From assembly GCA_964106645.2 (NCBI GenBank), contig OZ067050.1: a stretch of DNA of 64,000 nt. One strand, 5' to 3'. The translations under genes were made by a program, and so were the position numbers. Each line of letters starts with the position of its first letter. The first letter of the stretch is position 1. The notes under the pieces were generated by a model. It saw nothing but the letters and a program-made list of their open reading frames with translations, did not search any database and was not told the DNA's origin. This DNA is from Podarcis pityusensis (lineage: Eukaryota). Positions 34,453 to 45,749 of this stretch are shown in pieces.

Positions 34453-37400
34453 TCAGAAAGTGTGAACAAGCTGCATGTTGGGTACCGTTTGCACAATCTG
34501 AATGGAGGGCAGGCCTTGCGAAGTTACTGGGCTCGGCAGAAGTTGCACCATTTGGGAGGCGCTGTTGCTGTCCCCAGTAGGTTGGGTGCTGTCTGGGCTG
34601 CTCACCTGCAGTGTTGGCACACTCTCCAGCACTTGGAGGGTCTGTTCCCCCTGGGCACTACGGATGATCAGGAGGTTCTGCCCAGTCCCGGCACTACCCT
34701 CGGGCCCTTGCAGCTGGAGGCCAGGCAGTTCTTGCATTGTCTGGATGTTGTCCACCTCCTGCACGCACAACCGGGTCTGCTCTCCTCCTGCACTTCTCAG
34801 CACCAACACATTCTGAACTCCCTCATCGGTCTGTAAAGTTTCAAAGTGCATGTCTTGCACCCCTTCCAGGCTCTCCACCTCCCCGCCTGGCCCCAGAAGC
34901 TCCTCCCCTGGAGAGTTCTGCACCACAATTAGGTCCTGGCTTTCCTCCTTCACACCAGGTCCCTGTTGGAGGTCCACCTCAGAGAGCTCATGGGAGCTGG
35001 ACAGAGAAGTCCCCACCTCATTCATCTCCTGTGGTGGGCTCAAAGTCTGAAGCTGAACACTGGTCATCTCCTCTGAAGGTTGAAGCTGTTCCCCTTCCTG
35101 AGAAGAAACCAGCTCCTGGATCTGAATGGTGCCATCCAGCTGTTGGGAAGGCGAGAGGCTCTGGATTTCGACGCTGGTCAAAGGCTGATTGGAGGGGGAC
35201 AGGCTGTGGATCTGCAGAGGGCTGGTTTGCTGCAGGGATGGCAAGGTCTGGATCTGAATGGGGCCCACTTGCTGGGAAGGCTGGAGAGTTTGGAGCTGTA
35301 GGGTCCCTACCTGCTCAGAGGATGGCACAGCTTGGAATTGTACAGTGTTCATCTTCTGGGAAGGTGGAAGAGTTTGAAACTGCACCGTGCCAGTCTGTGG
35401 ACAACTAGACAGGCTCTGGATCTGCACGGTGCCTCCTGATTGGGAGGTGGGCAAACTTTGGATCTGGACGGTATTCTGGGGAAGGGGCAGGCTTTGAATC
35501 TGCACAATGCCAGTCTGTGGAGGCTGTGGGAAGGCCTGGATCTGGATTGTGCCAGGTTGCTGTGAAGCAGGTACGGTCTGAATTTGCAAAGTGCCACCTG
35601 GCTGGGCAGTGGGAAAGCTCTGGAGGGGCTGGGGCAAGGTTTGAATCTGAATGGTGCCTGTTGGTGGAGCAGCTGGCACAGTTTGGATCTGCACCGTGCC
35701 CAGTTGCTGTTCTGGCAAGCTCTGGAGAACAATAACATTCTGTCCGCTAGTCTGTAGCCCTGGCGTCCTCTGGATTTGCACATTAGAGAGGGGCTGCACG
35801 CTGGCCCCGGTGGCACTGGGCATCAAAATGATATTCTGGTTGCCAGACACCGATGGTGGTGGGGGAGCCAACGGCGCAGGTTTCTTGGCCTTACCTTGAC
35901 GGACCAGGGCAGATTTGCCTGGGGTGGTAGGAGCAGCTGGCAACAGGGTAATGCTTGTGGGAGCAGAGGATGTAGTGGGCACCTGGGGACTAGGCAGCAG
36001 GATAAGTTTGGGGGGTAAATTTTGGGGTGGGGGTGGCTGCGGTGGCTGCTGTATGCTGGGGATAAGTTGCAAGCCCTGTGATGTTTGCACAAGCAGGAAA
36101 GTCTGAGTATTTGACGAGACAGGAGGGGCTGGGCTGCCACTTAACTCCATATTCAGAGTGGCCTGCAAGTTAGGCATGATTTGCACCTCTTGAGTGGTGG
36201 CAGGTGAGGTGGTGGCTGGGCGGCTGGGCGCCTCAGCACTGTTGTGGGTGCGGAAGTGGCGCTGCAAGTAAGAGGCCATGACAAAGGCCTTGGAGCAAAC
36301 CGGGCACTGGAAGGGGCGCTCCCTCGAATGGGTACGTCTGTGCAGCGCCAGGTTGGAGGAGTGGGTGAAGGCCTTGCCACAGTCCCGGCAACAATAGGGT
36401 CTCTCGCCAGTGTGTACCCGCTGATGTTGCCGGAGGTTGGATGTTTGCGTGAAGGACTTTCCACAGGTCTGGCAGGCAAAGGGCCGCTCACCGGTGTGCA
36501 ACTGCTGGTGCCGCCGGAGGCACGAGGTGTTCTTGAAGGCTTTGCCGCAATCTTGGCAAGCATAGGGGCGTTCGCCGGTGTGCTGCCGCAAATGGTACTG
36601 ATAATGGGAAGCCCATTTGAATGCCATCCCGCAGGTGGAGCAAGTGAAGGCACGCAAGCCCGTGTGCACCCGCTGGTGGATACGCAGCAGCGAGGAGCGC
36701 TTGAAGGCTTTGCCACACTCGCCGCAAGCATAGGGGCGCTCGCCCGTGTGGTCACGGAGGTGGTAACGCAGCCCAGAGGAGCCCTTGAATGACTTCCCGC
36801 ACTCTCCACACACATAGGGGCGCTCAAGGGGTGGGGGTGGTGTCACTGTGGCCGCAGGCACTGGCTCTGCCTGTGCTGGGCACGTCACCTCTGCCTCCTC
36901 CAACCGTTGTTCAGCCGGGGGATGCGAACGCTGATGGCCCAACAGGCTGGCCAGTGCCGGGAAGGAGCGTTCACACACCATGCAGGTGTAGGTGCGATCG
37001 GATGAGTGCTGGCTCTGTTGGTGCCGTGCTAAACCCGCGGCACTCTTGAAAGTCTTACTGCACACAGAGCAAGCTAGGGAGGGTGTGGGGGATGCTACAG
37101 CCGCCACCTCCTCCTGCACTGGTAGTGGCGGCGGTGGTGGTGGCAGAGGCAGTGGCTCTGCTGGGGCCAAGTGTGCTTCCTGGTGGCTCAGCAGCTGCTC
37201 CTGCAAGGGGAAGGTGAGATGGCAGACACTACACCGAAACAGCATCTCCACAGTGGTGGTTGGCTCCTCCAAGAAGAGCTGTGCTGGAGGCGCAATGTCC
37301 CCATGAGACTCCAAGTGCCGCTGCAGATAGGTGTCCGATGCAAAGGCCTTGCCACAGATAACACAGGTGTGGGCGGGGCGGGCAGCGTGTGCCGATCGGC

Positions 37401-38058
37401 AGTGCAGCGCCAGGTTGGAAGAGTGGGTGAAGGCCTTACCACAGTCTTGGCATCGGTAGGGCCTCTCGCCAGTATGCACCCGCTGATGCTGCCGCAGGTT
37501 GGTGGACTGCGTGAAGGCCTTGCTGCAGATGAGGCAGACATAGGGGCGCTCACCTGTATGTGTATGGCGGTGGCGCCGCAGGCTGGAAGAGTTCTTGAAG
37601 GCCTTGTCACACGCCGGGCAAGGGTAGGGGCGTTCGCCAGTGTGCTGGCGCAAATGGTACTGGTAATGTGAGGACCACTTAAAGGCCAGGCCACACTGAG
37701 CGCACTTGAAGGCACGCAGGCCAGTATGCACACTCTGGTGGATCTGAAGCAAGGACGACCGTTTGAATGCCTTGCCGCACTTGTCACACTTGTAAGGTCG
37801 CTCCCCTGTATGTCCGCGCTGGTGGTACAGTAAGGCTGAGGACCCCTTGAAGGCCTTGGGGCACTCTGAGCACTTGTAAGGGCGTTCACCTGTGTGAGTC
37901 CTCTGGTGGTGGATGAGCCGCGATGACCATTTGAATACCTTGCCACATTCCAGGCACTCATACTGGTGGTCGCCACTGCTGCCACTGGGGCCTCCACTTG
38001 CTGGGGCCACTGCTGGCACTGCCGCTGCCTGCATTTCTAGCTGCTGAGCTCCCACCAT
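34453..38058 (-). CDS. ZNF628: Zinc finger protein 628 (18 C2H2 fingers, Q-rich C-terminus)
   Basis: FKWSSRLIHHQRTH, FKGSSALLYHQRGH, FKRSSLLQIHQSVHTGLRAF, KWSSHYQYHLRQH and the ending QLVHTF match human ZNF628; exon acceptor at 38073; first ATG at 38058. Confidence 0.96.
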   Translation of the reverse strand: MVGAQQLEMQAAAVPAVAPASGGPSGSSGDHQYECLECGKVFKWSSRLIHHQRTHTGERPYKCSECPKAFKGSSALLYHQRGHTGERPYKCDKCGKAFKRSSLLQIHQSVHTGLRAFKCAQCGLAFKWSSHYQYHLRQHTGERPYPCPACDKAFKNSSSLRRHRHTHTGERPYVCLICSKAFTQSTNLRQHQRVHTGERPYRCQDCGKAFTHSSNLALHCRSAHAARPAHTCVICGKAFASDTYLQRHLESHGDIAPPAQLFLEEPTTTVEMLFRCSVCHLTFPLQEQLLSHQEAHLAPAEPLPLPPPPPPLPVQEEVAAVASPTPSLACSVCSKTFKSAAGLARHQQSQHSSDRTYTCMVCERSFPALASLLGHQRSHPPAEQRLEEAEVTCPAQAEPVPAATVTPPPPLERPYVCGECGKSFKGSSGLRYHLRDHTGERPYACGECGKAFKRSSLLRIHQRVHTGLRAFTCSTCGMAFKWASHYQYHLRQHTGERPYACQDCGKAFKNTSCLRRHQQLHTGERPFACQTCGKSFTQTSNLRQHQRVHTGERPYCCRDCGKAFTHSSNLALHRRTHSRERPFQCPVCSKAFVMASYLQRHFRTHNSAEAPSRPATTSPATTQEVQIMPNLQATLNMELSGSPAPPVSSNTQTFLLVQTSQGLQLIPSIQQPPQPPPPQNLPPKLILLPSPQVPTTSSAPTSITLLPAAPTTPGKSALVRQGKAKKPAPLAPPPPSVSGNQNIILMPSATGASVQPLSNVQIQRTPGLQTSGQNVIVLQSLPEQQLGTVQIQTVPAAPPTGTIQIQTLPQPLQSFPTAQPGGTLQIQTVPASQQPGTIQIQAFPQPPQTGIVQIQSLPLPQNTVQIQSLPTSQSGGTVQIQSLSSCPQTGTVQFQTLPPSQKMNTVQFQAVPSSEQVGTLQLQTLQPSQQVGPIQIQTLPSLQQTSPLQIHSLSPSNQPLTSVEIQSLSPSQQLDGTIQIQELVSSQEGEQLQPSEEMTSVQLQTLSPPQEMNEVGTSLSSSHELSEVDLQQGPGVKEESQDLIVVQNSPGEELLGPGGEVESLEGVQDMHFETLQTDEGVQNVLVLRSAGGEQTRLCVQEVDNIQTMQELPGLQLQGPEGSAGTGQNLLIIRSAQGEQTLQVLESVPTLQVSSPDSTQPTGDSNSASQMVQLLPSPVTSQGLPSIQIVQTVPNMQLVHTF

Positions 38059-38598
38059 TGCACCAGAGTTCACCTGCTAGAAAAACACATACAGAGAAAG
38101 AGAGAACACCATTACTGTAACTGTGACAGACCTAGCCTCATTTATAGAGGCTCTCCTATACTAAATCATACTATTGGTCCATCTAGCTTGATACTGTCCA
38201 CACAGGTTTTCCATCACTAAACAGAAGATGCTTAAAGACTGAAGCTGAGAGAGTCAGCATGTAAAGCATGTGCTCTACCACTGAGCTGTGGCACCTCTCC
38301 ATTTGCGCTTGAGGCAGTAAAATCTGCATAGGAACTTTACCGCTTCACTTTCAAATGGGAAACTAGCTGAGCAAACTAGCACTTACCTTACAAACTCCAG
38401 GAATTACTGGGGTGTTTCTTACACATAGCCCTTAGTTGGAAATGAGAGAGTAAAAATCACCTCAAATGGACCTGCCACCTTTAAAAAGCAGTGGTCGTTC
38501 AGTGATGCTCACAGCCACAGGAAGTCATTTTGGTTTATGATTGAAAGTGAATGTTTGAACAGCCCTGACTAAAAGAATGCAGCATTTGAGGAGAGTAA

Positions 38599-38635
<37 letters not shown>

Positions 38636-39849
38636 ATTAAAATTTGCTAAGTACTGTACCAGTATTTTAAAAATGGCAGTCCTTTTTCCTACCCTCACAA
38701 TCTAGTAGACATGATACAAGAGGGAAAAGGAATGGAGAGGGAAGAAAATACAACTCACGATGGAACAGCTGCTCCTTCTCAGGATGATCTTTACCATGAC
38801 ATTATGTTCTTCCTAGGAGGCTGACTCCCCCCCTCCCCCCGCCCCAAACACACACATGGGTTAGGTCCCTACTTGGTGTTGAACTCATAAAAGTCCATTA
38901 CATAGCAACCTCTGGAGCCAAAGAAGGTGAGTCAGTGGCCGTCCTAGAAGCCCATCAGCATAGCCAATGGTCATGTATAACTGGGGCTGCAGTTCAACAT
39001 CTGGAGGGCTACAGGTTCCCAATCCCTAGACCGCAGCCTGGAAAACAAACACCTTCCCATCATCATTTCCCCCCCACCCCTGCTCCCCAGGGATCTTCCT
39101 TCTGCTAGCAGGAAGAGTCAGCGGTTGCAGACTGTCCAGATGCCCAGGAGATGCCTCACTTGCCTGGGTCCAAAACATCTGGTGCTACCTGGCCCTGACT
39201 GCTTCAGTGTACACATTGTGTGCATGGGGGGCGGGCAGTATTTTCCTTGATGGTCACCATGGAAACTTTGAACAGCAGCAGTTGGACCAGCCACAACAGT
39301 GGCATTTAAATATGGTTAGTGGTCATTTCCCACCATCAACCCTTGTCATTAATTTCTGTCAATTACCCAGGAGGTCTGCTGAGAAGACAAAGGGGAGACA
39401 CAAATAATTTTAAACAAGCATGGATGCCTGAAGTCATGCTTAGACTAGGATCAGGAGAGCAAATGAGCTGTGAAAAGTTTAAGTAGCCTGTATGCCATGA
39501 AAATCTTTTAGCTTCAGTTCCTGATCTATACATGGAAATAACAGTGGCCAAGGTTATTATGCATGTCCAAGGGCCACACTGGCAATAACCCACACTCCAA
39601 GGACCGCATGGCAAAAAAGTTTTAATTTTTAACCTTTCGAATTAAACGCTGACTACATAGAAAACAGAGCGCATGCAATTTAGAACACAATTCAGTGTTG
39701 TTGTTTTTCCAGATGATTTCAGGCTGTCTTGTTTCACGCAATTCTCCACGACTGCATTGGGGGCAATTTCCCGAAGCAGCCACTAAAGTGTTTGAATTCC
39801 GCTCGTGTTCTTGTGTCGAAAGTTTAAGGATAGGGGATTAAACTATCCG

Positions 39850-40660
39850 AGCCCAGCCTTTGGAGAGATCAACCCTGCACCACTTCCCCGACCTGCGCCA
39901 AAGAGTCAAATTGCTCTCCTGACCATGAGCAGAGCGCTTTAAAGCCTCCGCTTTACGGCCAACGATACGTAGGCTGGAGGGGAGGGGATTCCTTCGGGCC
40001 AACCCCCCGCGCCTGTAATTAAAAAGCGCTCTCCCCACGTGCCTCCTCCACCCACCCGCCACTCAGAACAAGGCACTGTTCTGTCGGCAGACAAAAAACA
40101 GCGGAAACCTCTCCGTGGCACACTCCCCTTTAAATGCGGGCCTGCCCCTTTAAGGAACCGAGTTCTGCCGCCCCTCCCCCTTCGTTGCCGTTCGGCCTCG
40201 CGACATCTTTTCTCCCTTTATTTCTCTGCCTCCTGTTTTTTTTTTTCCTCACCTGGCCGGTCTTTTTTTTTTAATCCTCCCTGCGCACTTCGTCTCAATA
40301 GGAGCTGGATAAGAGGGGTGCAGCGGGGCTAGGGGGGGAGGGGCTGTCACTCCACCCTCCCAACGGCCGGCGCTGCGAGACACCCAACCTTTAACTCGCT
40401 CACACTAACCGCCCGCGAGGGCAGCCAGCCTCACCCCTTTGCGCCGCTGCCATTGGCCACGCAAAGCATCTCGGGAGTTGTAGGCTGTTGTGGAGGACGC
40501 TGCCGGTCGCCATGTTGTTCCCGCACCACGTGTTTTGGAGAGCGCTTGGGGAAGGGAAAGCTCTGTGTTGCAGGAAAGGTGGCCGTGGCGTCTATCATGA
40601 GCGCTTTCGAGGCCTTACAATAAACTTCGTGACCTCGCTGTTGTGAGCCCGATAACACCA
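39850..40660 (-). promoter_or_regulatory. ZNF628: ZNF628 CpG-island promoter and noncoding first exon(s)
   Basis: CpG-rich; GTGAGG donors after 40253 and 40435; ZNF143/THAP11-type CCTACAACTCCCGAGATGC (40466-40484, minus); YY1-type AACATGGCG (~40508-40517, minus); CACGTG E-box. Confidence 0.75.
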
Positions 40661-43600
40661 TTATGTATATATATTTATTATATGTATTATAGTGAGAAAA
40701 GGAAGCTCAGGTAATTTAAGTTGTTGACCCGCTCTTGCTTCAATGTGGCCTTAGTTAATACTGTACTGACATCACGGTTTATAATGACATCATCCTAACT
40801 TCGCTGGTATTAAATGAAATAATTGAAAATTAATATATTTATCAACTTATATCAGGGGGTAGCAATTGAGAAGTAACTCCTATTGAATGGGGCTTGCTGA
40901 CAGTCTGGGGAATCTGTGGGGGGAGGGTATAGAAAGGGGAATTTTATCAGGTGCGGCCTTTTCACTGACAGCTGAGGAATGGGAGAAACAGCAACGTGAA
41001 GAATTTTCTCTTTGAGCTCTCAAAAAGGAATTTGAACCCTCTTTATTGTAATATCTATCTATCTATATATGGCACACATATTTACAGCCTGCTCTTCAGC
41101 CCCAAAGAGTTCCCAGAAATAGGATGCCAAATAAGACAAGAGTGTATCAAGTTCAAGTCCGGATCTGTTAAAAAAATTAAATAGCCTTGGTGAAGTTGTG
41201 TAGAACAAGAGTCATACCACTGTCACACTGTTTCCATTCTCATCCATTCTCCCCTTATTAAAAGACAGATATGTTATCTCTTATTTAAGAAAATCAATGG
41301 CGCAACTATCCTTTATCCACCTGGGGGCAGCATTAAGTTGTATGCATTCAGTCTGCCACAACTAAAGGAGATCCTGTTCACTCTCTCTGATTTGGAAAAG
41401 TGCAATTACAGATTATTGGCTGCTTAGAGAGGGCTGTCCCTGGTAGGAAATAGAGTCTGTTCATTTGGGAAGAAAGGACCACTACAGTTATTTGTAATAA
41501 CAGCCTGCATGGAACTCTGTAGGCTACTTTACATAAAATGAGCATCCTTTCTGTTCTTGTCAAAAGGCACCAGTGCAGTACATGAGCTTAGCTTGTTTCT
41601 TCCTAGAACTACTTTATCCAATAAAATGTTTTGCTTGAACTGTTCCTTGGCTTGTTCTATGGTTCATTTGTTACGTGCATAAGTTACCCTACATTTGCTT
41701 TCATGTCTCAAAAAGGCATTGATAACAGCTCTTGGTAGTTTGCAAATATAATTTTTTATTCCCTCCATCAGAATCCACAAAATGTCTTGATAATCATGTA
41801 AAGCACTGGTTTAAAATACAATATTTCTTTTATTTACATATCTTATATGCTTATTCAAAACCATGTCAAAAACTCCCATGTCAGGGAGTTACAAATGAAA
41901 ATATAATAATGACAAGTAAACCTCATCATTAAAATCACATGCAAATGAAAAATGCTTTAAAAATCCCAAAAATAATACAGCAGCATTAAAAGAAAACCAT
42001 AACAGCCAGTTAACATAATCAAGTCACAATATAATAACTGATTTTAAAAAACCCCCAAATTTTCTAATCAAAGGTAGGCTGGGAATAAAGTTTTCTAAGA
42101 CCCATATCAAAGAAAATGGGGAGGGGTTCCATAGACAATAGAAGCCGCAATATCAGAAAGAAAAAGAAAAAAAACCAGCAACCTATAGCACCTACGCTAG
42201 TCATCTCTCTTTCTCCACGCAGCATATTCACCCTCTGTCAGTATAGTTATACCAGCATCAGTAGCAGCTAGGATTGTGTTGCTTCAAGTTTTTTGCCCTG
42301 TAAATGCCCTTCTGCAACTTAGCTTGTTTCCTGCTGTGATATGGAATGCATAAATTGGCCCTCTTGATGTGGATGGGCAGAGATTGCTGTCTTACTGTAG
42401 GGGGAATGAGGGTCAATGGCCCCTGGTCTCTTCTGATGCTTTGACTTTATATTCATTCACACCAACAGTCTCCCACTTCTAACTGGAGGAGGGAACCCTA
42501 ACAAAGCGATCATAATGTCCTTTTGCCGCAGGCCAGGGCGAAGAGGACCTGGGTGACCTGCTGAGATGCCCCCGCAGCTGAATGGCATTTTGGGGGCCAG
42601 CTTGAACTGCTAGCCCGCTGGAGTAGGTCCCGCATACGAATCGAGGTGCAAGAGCAGATTCCAAGCACAGTTGGTGAAAGATTACACAAACACTTTCGCT
42701 GTTACACAACAGTCCTTTGGCTGCTCTCCTGAACTGCCAGCTGGGAAGTCACAACATCAATCGTTGACAGCCTAGGCGAGTCAGGCGTCCCTTTCTCTCC
42801 TAATAGAAAAAGAAAACCAAGCTGTGAATTTTCTGATTAGATAGCTGTCCTTTTGTTCATGCAACCTGGGTAGCTCAGATGTAAACACTGTACAAACTTT
42901 TCTTGCTCTTTCTGTGCATGTTTAAGTACTAAGTAGACATTCTAAACTCTTGTGTCAAGATGAGGGAGTGGTAAATATCCCAGATTATTATATTCAGAAT
43001 AAAAGAGTGTAATCATTCTTACTCTTGGCAAAGAGAAAGAACATTCACAGACCCTGTAGTAGTGGTAGCAGTGATAAGGAGTGGTTGTCTCTTTACATTT
43101 AGCAAAAAAATTATGAGAGTTTGCACCTTGCTATATTTAATACTTCTTAATGCTCAAAATATTATGCCTCACGGCTGAATTTTACAGCTTGGTTCTATGC
43201 AAGTTTGGCATGACTATGAGCCCAATCTGCATAGGATTGGGTTGTATGTTTTTGTTCTCCAACTCCAAAATATCTAATCTAAGCATGTATTGCATAACAA
43301 GCTGTCAAATGATCTGCTAGTAGTGTTTGGGTTGAAGTGATACAGTAGCTCTAGTTTAGTGAAGCAGTAAAGACCAACTGTGCTGACTACAACATGTAGA
43401 GCTGCTATGTACCAAAATCTGTCATTCTTAATTTCTTTGCAGTGAACCAGAGGTTTTGCAAGAAGCTTGGGATCTACAAGGCTTATTTGAATTACTCGAC
43501 AAAAGACCCTGAGTAGCCTTTAACAGTGTATGCCAATCTAACAAACTCAGCAGCTAGTCAGTTTACCTGAATATCCACCAACAAACTTCAGAGAATTTGA

Positions 43601-45749
43601 AAACTCTGCAATGCCCTGTGCAGCGTCAAAGCGGACCTGTCCTAAAATTGGGTAGCATCTCATCTAAGTGTGCTAGATGGAAGGTATGACACTTATATAA
43701 GTTCTGGCACGGGAGAAGGGGTAGTGAAGGGCAGAAAGACATTGAACAAGGTTTGACAAATCTAGGTTTCTGCATATGATTTACTGCATGGTGTTCTAGT
43801 ACTGCCAATTCCTGTCGCAGCTGCTCTGGACAAGACAGGGATGTAAATCAGAGATAGGAAGAAGTGCCTGGACTGGTGACAGAAGCAGAATTAGACGTGC
43901 TTTGTGGGCGCTGGGTATAGTGGGTCAATCTACCACAGAGCTACAGGGGGGAGCAATTGGGATTGTATCTGAATAGATAGCAGAGCAACATAGAGAGAAG
44001 AAAGAGAGAGAAATGTGAGAGACTGCAGGGAGAAAAAGTCATGTGGAGGGCGAGAGATAAAGTGGGGTGTCACAGGAGGGATAGAGTGGAATGCTAGGCA
44101 CACAGGGATACTTGTGTCAGATCCAGTAAAATAGATCCGCTTGAAACTGCATAATTATTTCAGTGTTCCCAGCCTCACAAAGCACCATGAAATCGCAAAT
44201 TACATCTGCATCCATTGACAGAACAATCTGCATCCAGCACTTCCTTCCATCATTGCAACAATGCAAAAACACCTAACCGAGGCATGGATCCTTATATATA
44301 TTTTACAATGGAGCTGGTCCCAAGTTTGAATGTGTACTAAGCGCTCTGGTAATTCCTCTACTACAGGGGTAGGCTGCAGTGCTTCTGGGTCTATTTTTCT
44401 GTTTAAGGTTCCCACAATGCCCTCTGATGTACTCTCTCTCTGAGACATCATAGGAAATTTAAATGGAAGAACGCCACAGCAGCCCAACCCTGAGCCAAGC
44501 ACCGGGGGGGGGGGGGGGAGTTAAATGTAGGGCCCAGGGTAAACTTTAGTAGAAGTCCTTGCTAGGGATCTGGGGCCATGGGAGCAGCCCAAGGATGCCC
44601 TGCCCTCAGCCCTCCTACTTCATCTTTATTTACCCCTGATTGATGACCATTTCTTGAAAGGACAGCCAGTTTTCTGTAAATAAGGAAAGGGTTGGGTCCT
44701 TGTAAACTGGCTGAGAATAAACACATCACGATGTAGCAGAGGTGAGGCAACAACTTGGTTAAAAAATTCTGGGGGGGGGGGGGAGGCAGGGGAAAAGAAC
44801 TGGAAACTTAAGAAGCCTTGGTCCCTATGCCCCTATGTATGTGTTCTTTTTGAACATGCACAGAGGCACGCTTTCCTTTGTTATGGAATCCTGTGTTGAA
44901 GGACTAAGTCCTGACATCCACAGCACATTCTGGGCATAAGCTGTGCCTCAAATTGTGACTGAGACTGTAATGGTTCTCTGTACAACATCCTGCAAATTCT
45001 AGAGAGGTATTGTTAGGAGACTCTCTTGGGCCTCTGACGCACTGTGATACTTGAGCTCAGTCTCTTACCGAGCCAAGAACAATCCTGTGTTGGAAAATTA
45101 GTGATAATGTGTGGAGGTTTTGGTGAGAGGCAGTGGACGTCTTCACATCTAGCGTGTCCTCTGTAAAGCTGTGCATCAGCTGCTGAATTGGCTGGCGCAG
45201 TCTAGTTGCTGCTAATACCTCAGGACACTCGAGTATTCAGAAAAGCCTTTGACACACTTTGTACGCTGATAATTGTTAACAGGCATGATAAGCCAATTAT
45301 GTGCTCGCACTTTGTGATGCCATCCATTTAGACATGTGACTGCATTGTGATGTCACCATGGAGAGGCATTACTGGGAGGATGACATCAGCGTCATAGTGT
45401 TACAGCAAGCCAGCCGGCAACTGTCTTCAGCAGCATTAGCTGTTTTGCCCAGTGTCTATAGAAGCTGTCTTTGGATGACTCACTCTGCTTGCAGTTGAGC
45501 AATAAGAGTGTAACAGAACACATCTCCTATTCTTCACTCACCTGCCTTTTCCTCACTGCCTGACCTCCCTCTGCTGTGGCACATTGCTATATCAAAACCG
45601 AAGGGCCTCCACTGACATTTGTTGTCCAAGGTAAGACCAACTAGCAAAACACTAATTTCAGTTTGTTGGGGTTTTGAATCCAGGGTTTCCTCAGCGCCCG
45701 CCGCCGCCACCACCACCACCACCACCACTGTTCCTTCTTAGTACTGTAT

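Noticed and set aside
34462-37997. Long alternative-frame ORFs inside ZNF628 (up to 269 aa)
   Set aside because: Expected from GC-rich repetitive zinc-finger codons.
38059-38073. GTG start for ZNF628 given by the ORF track
   Set aside because: It is the first codon after a splice acceptor; ATG at 38058 or an upstream exon is more plausible.
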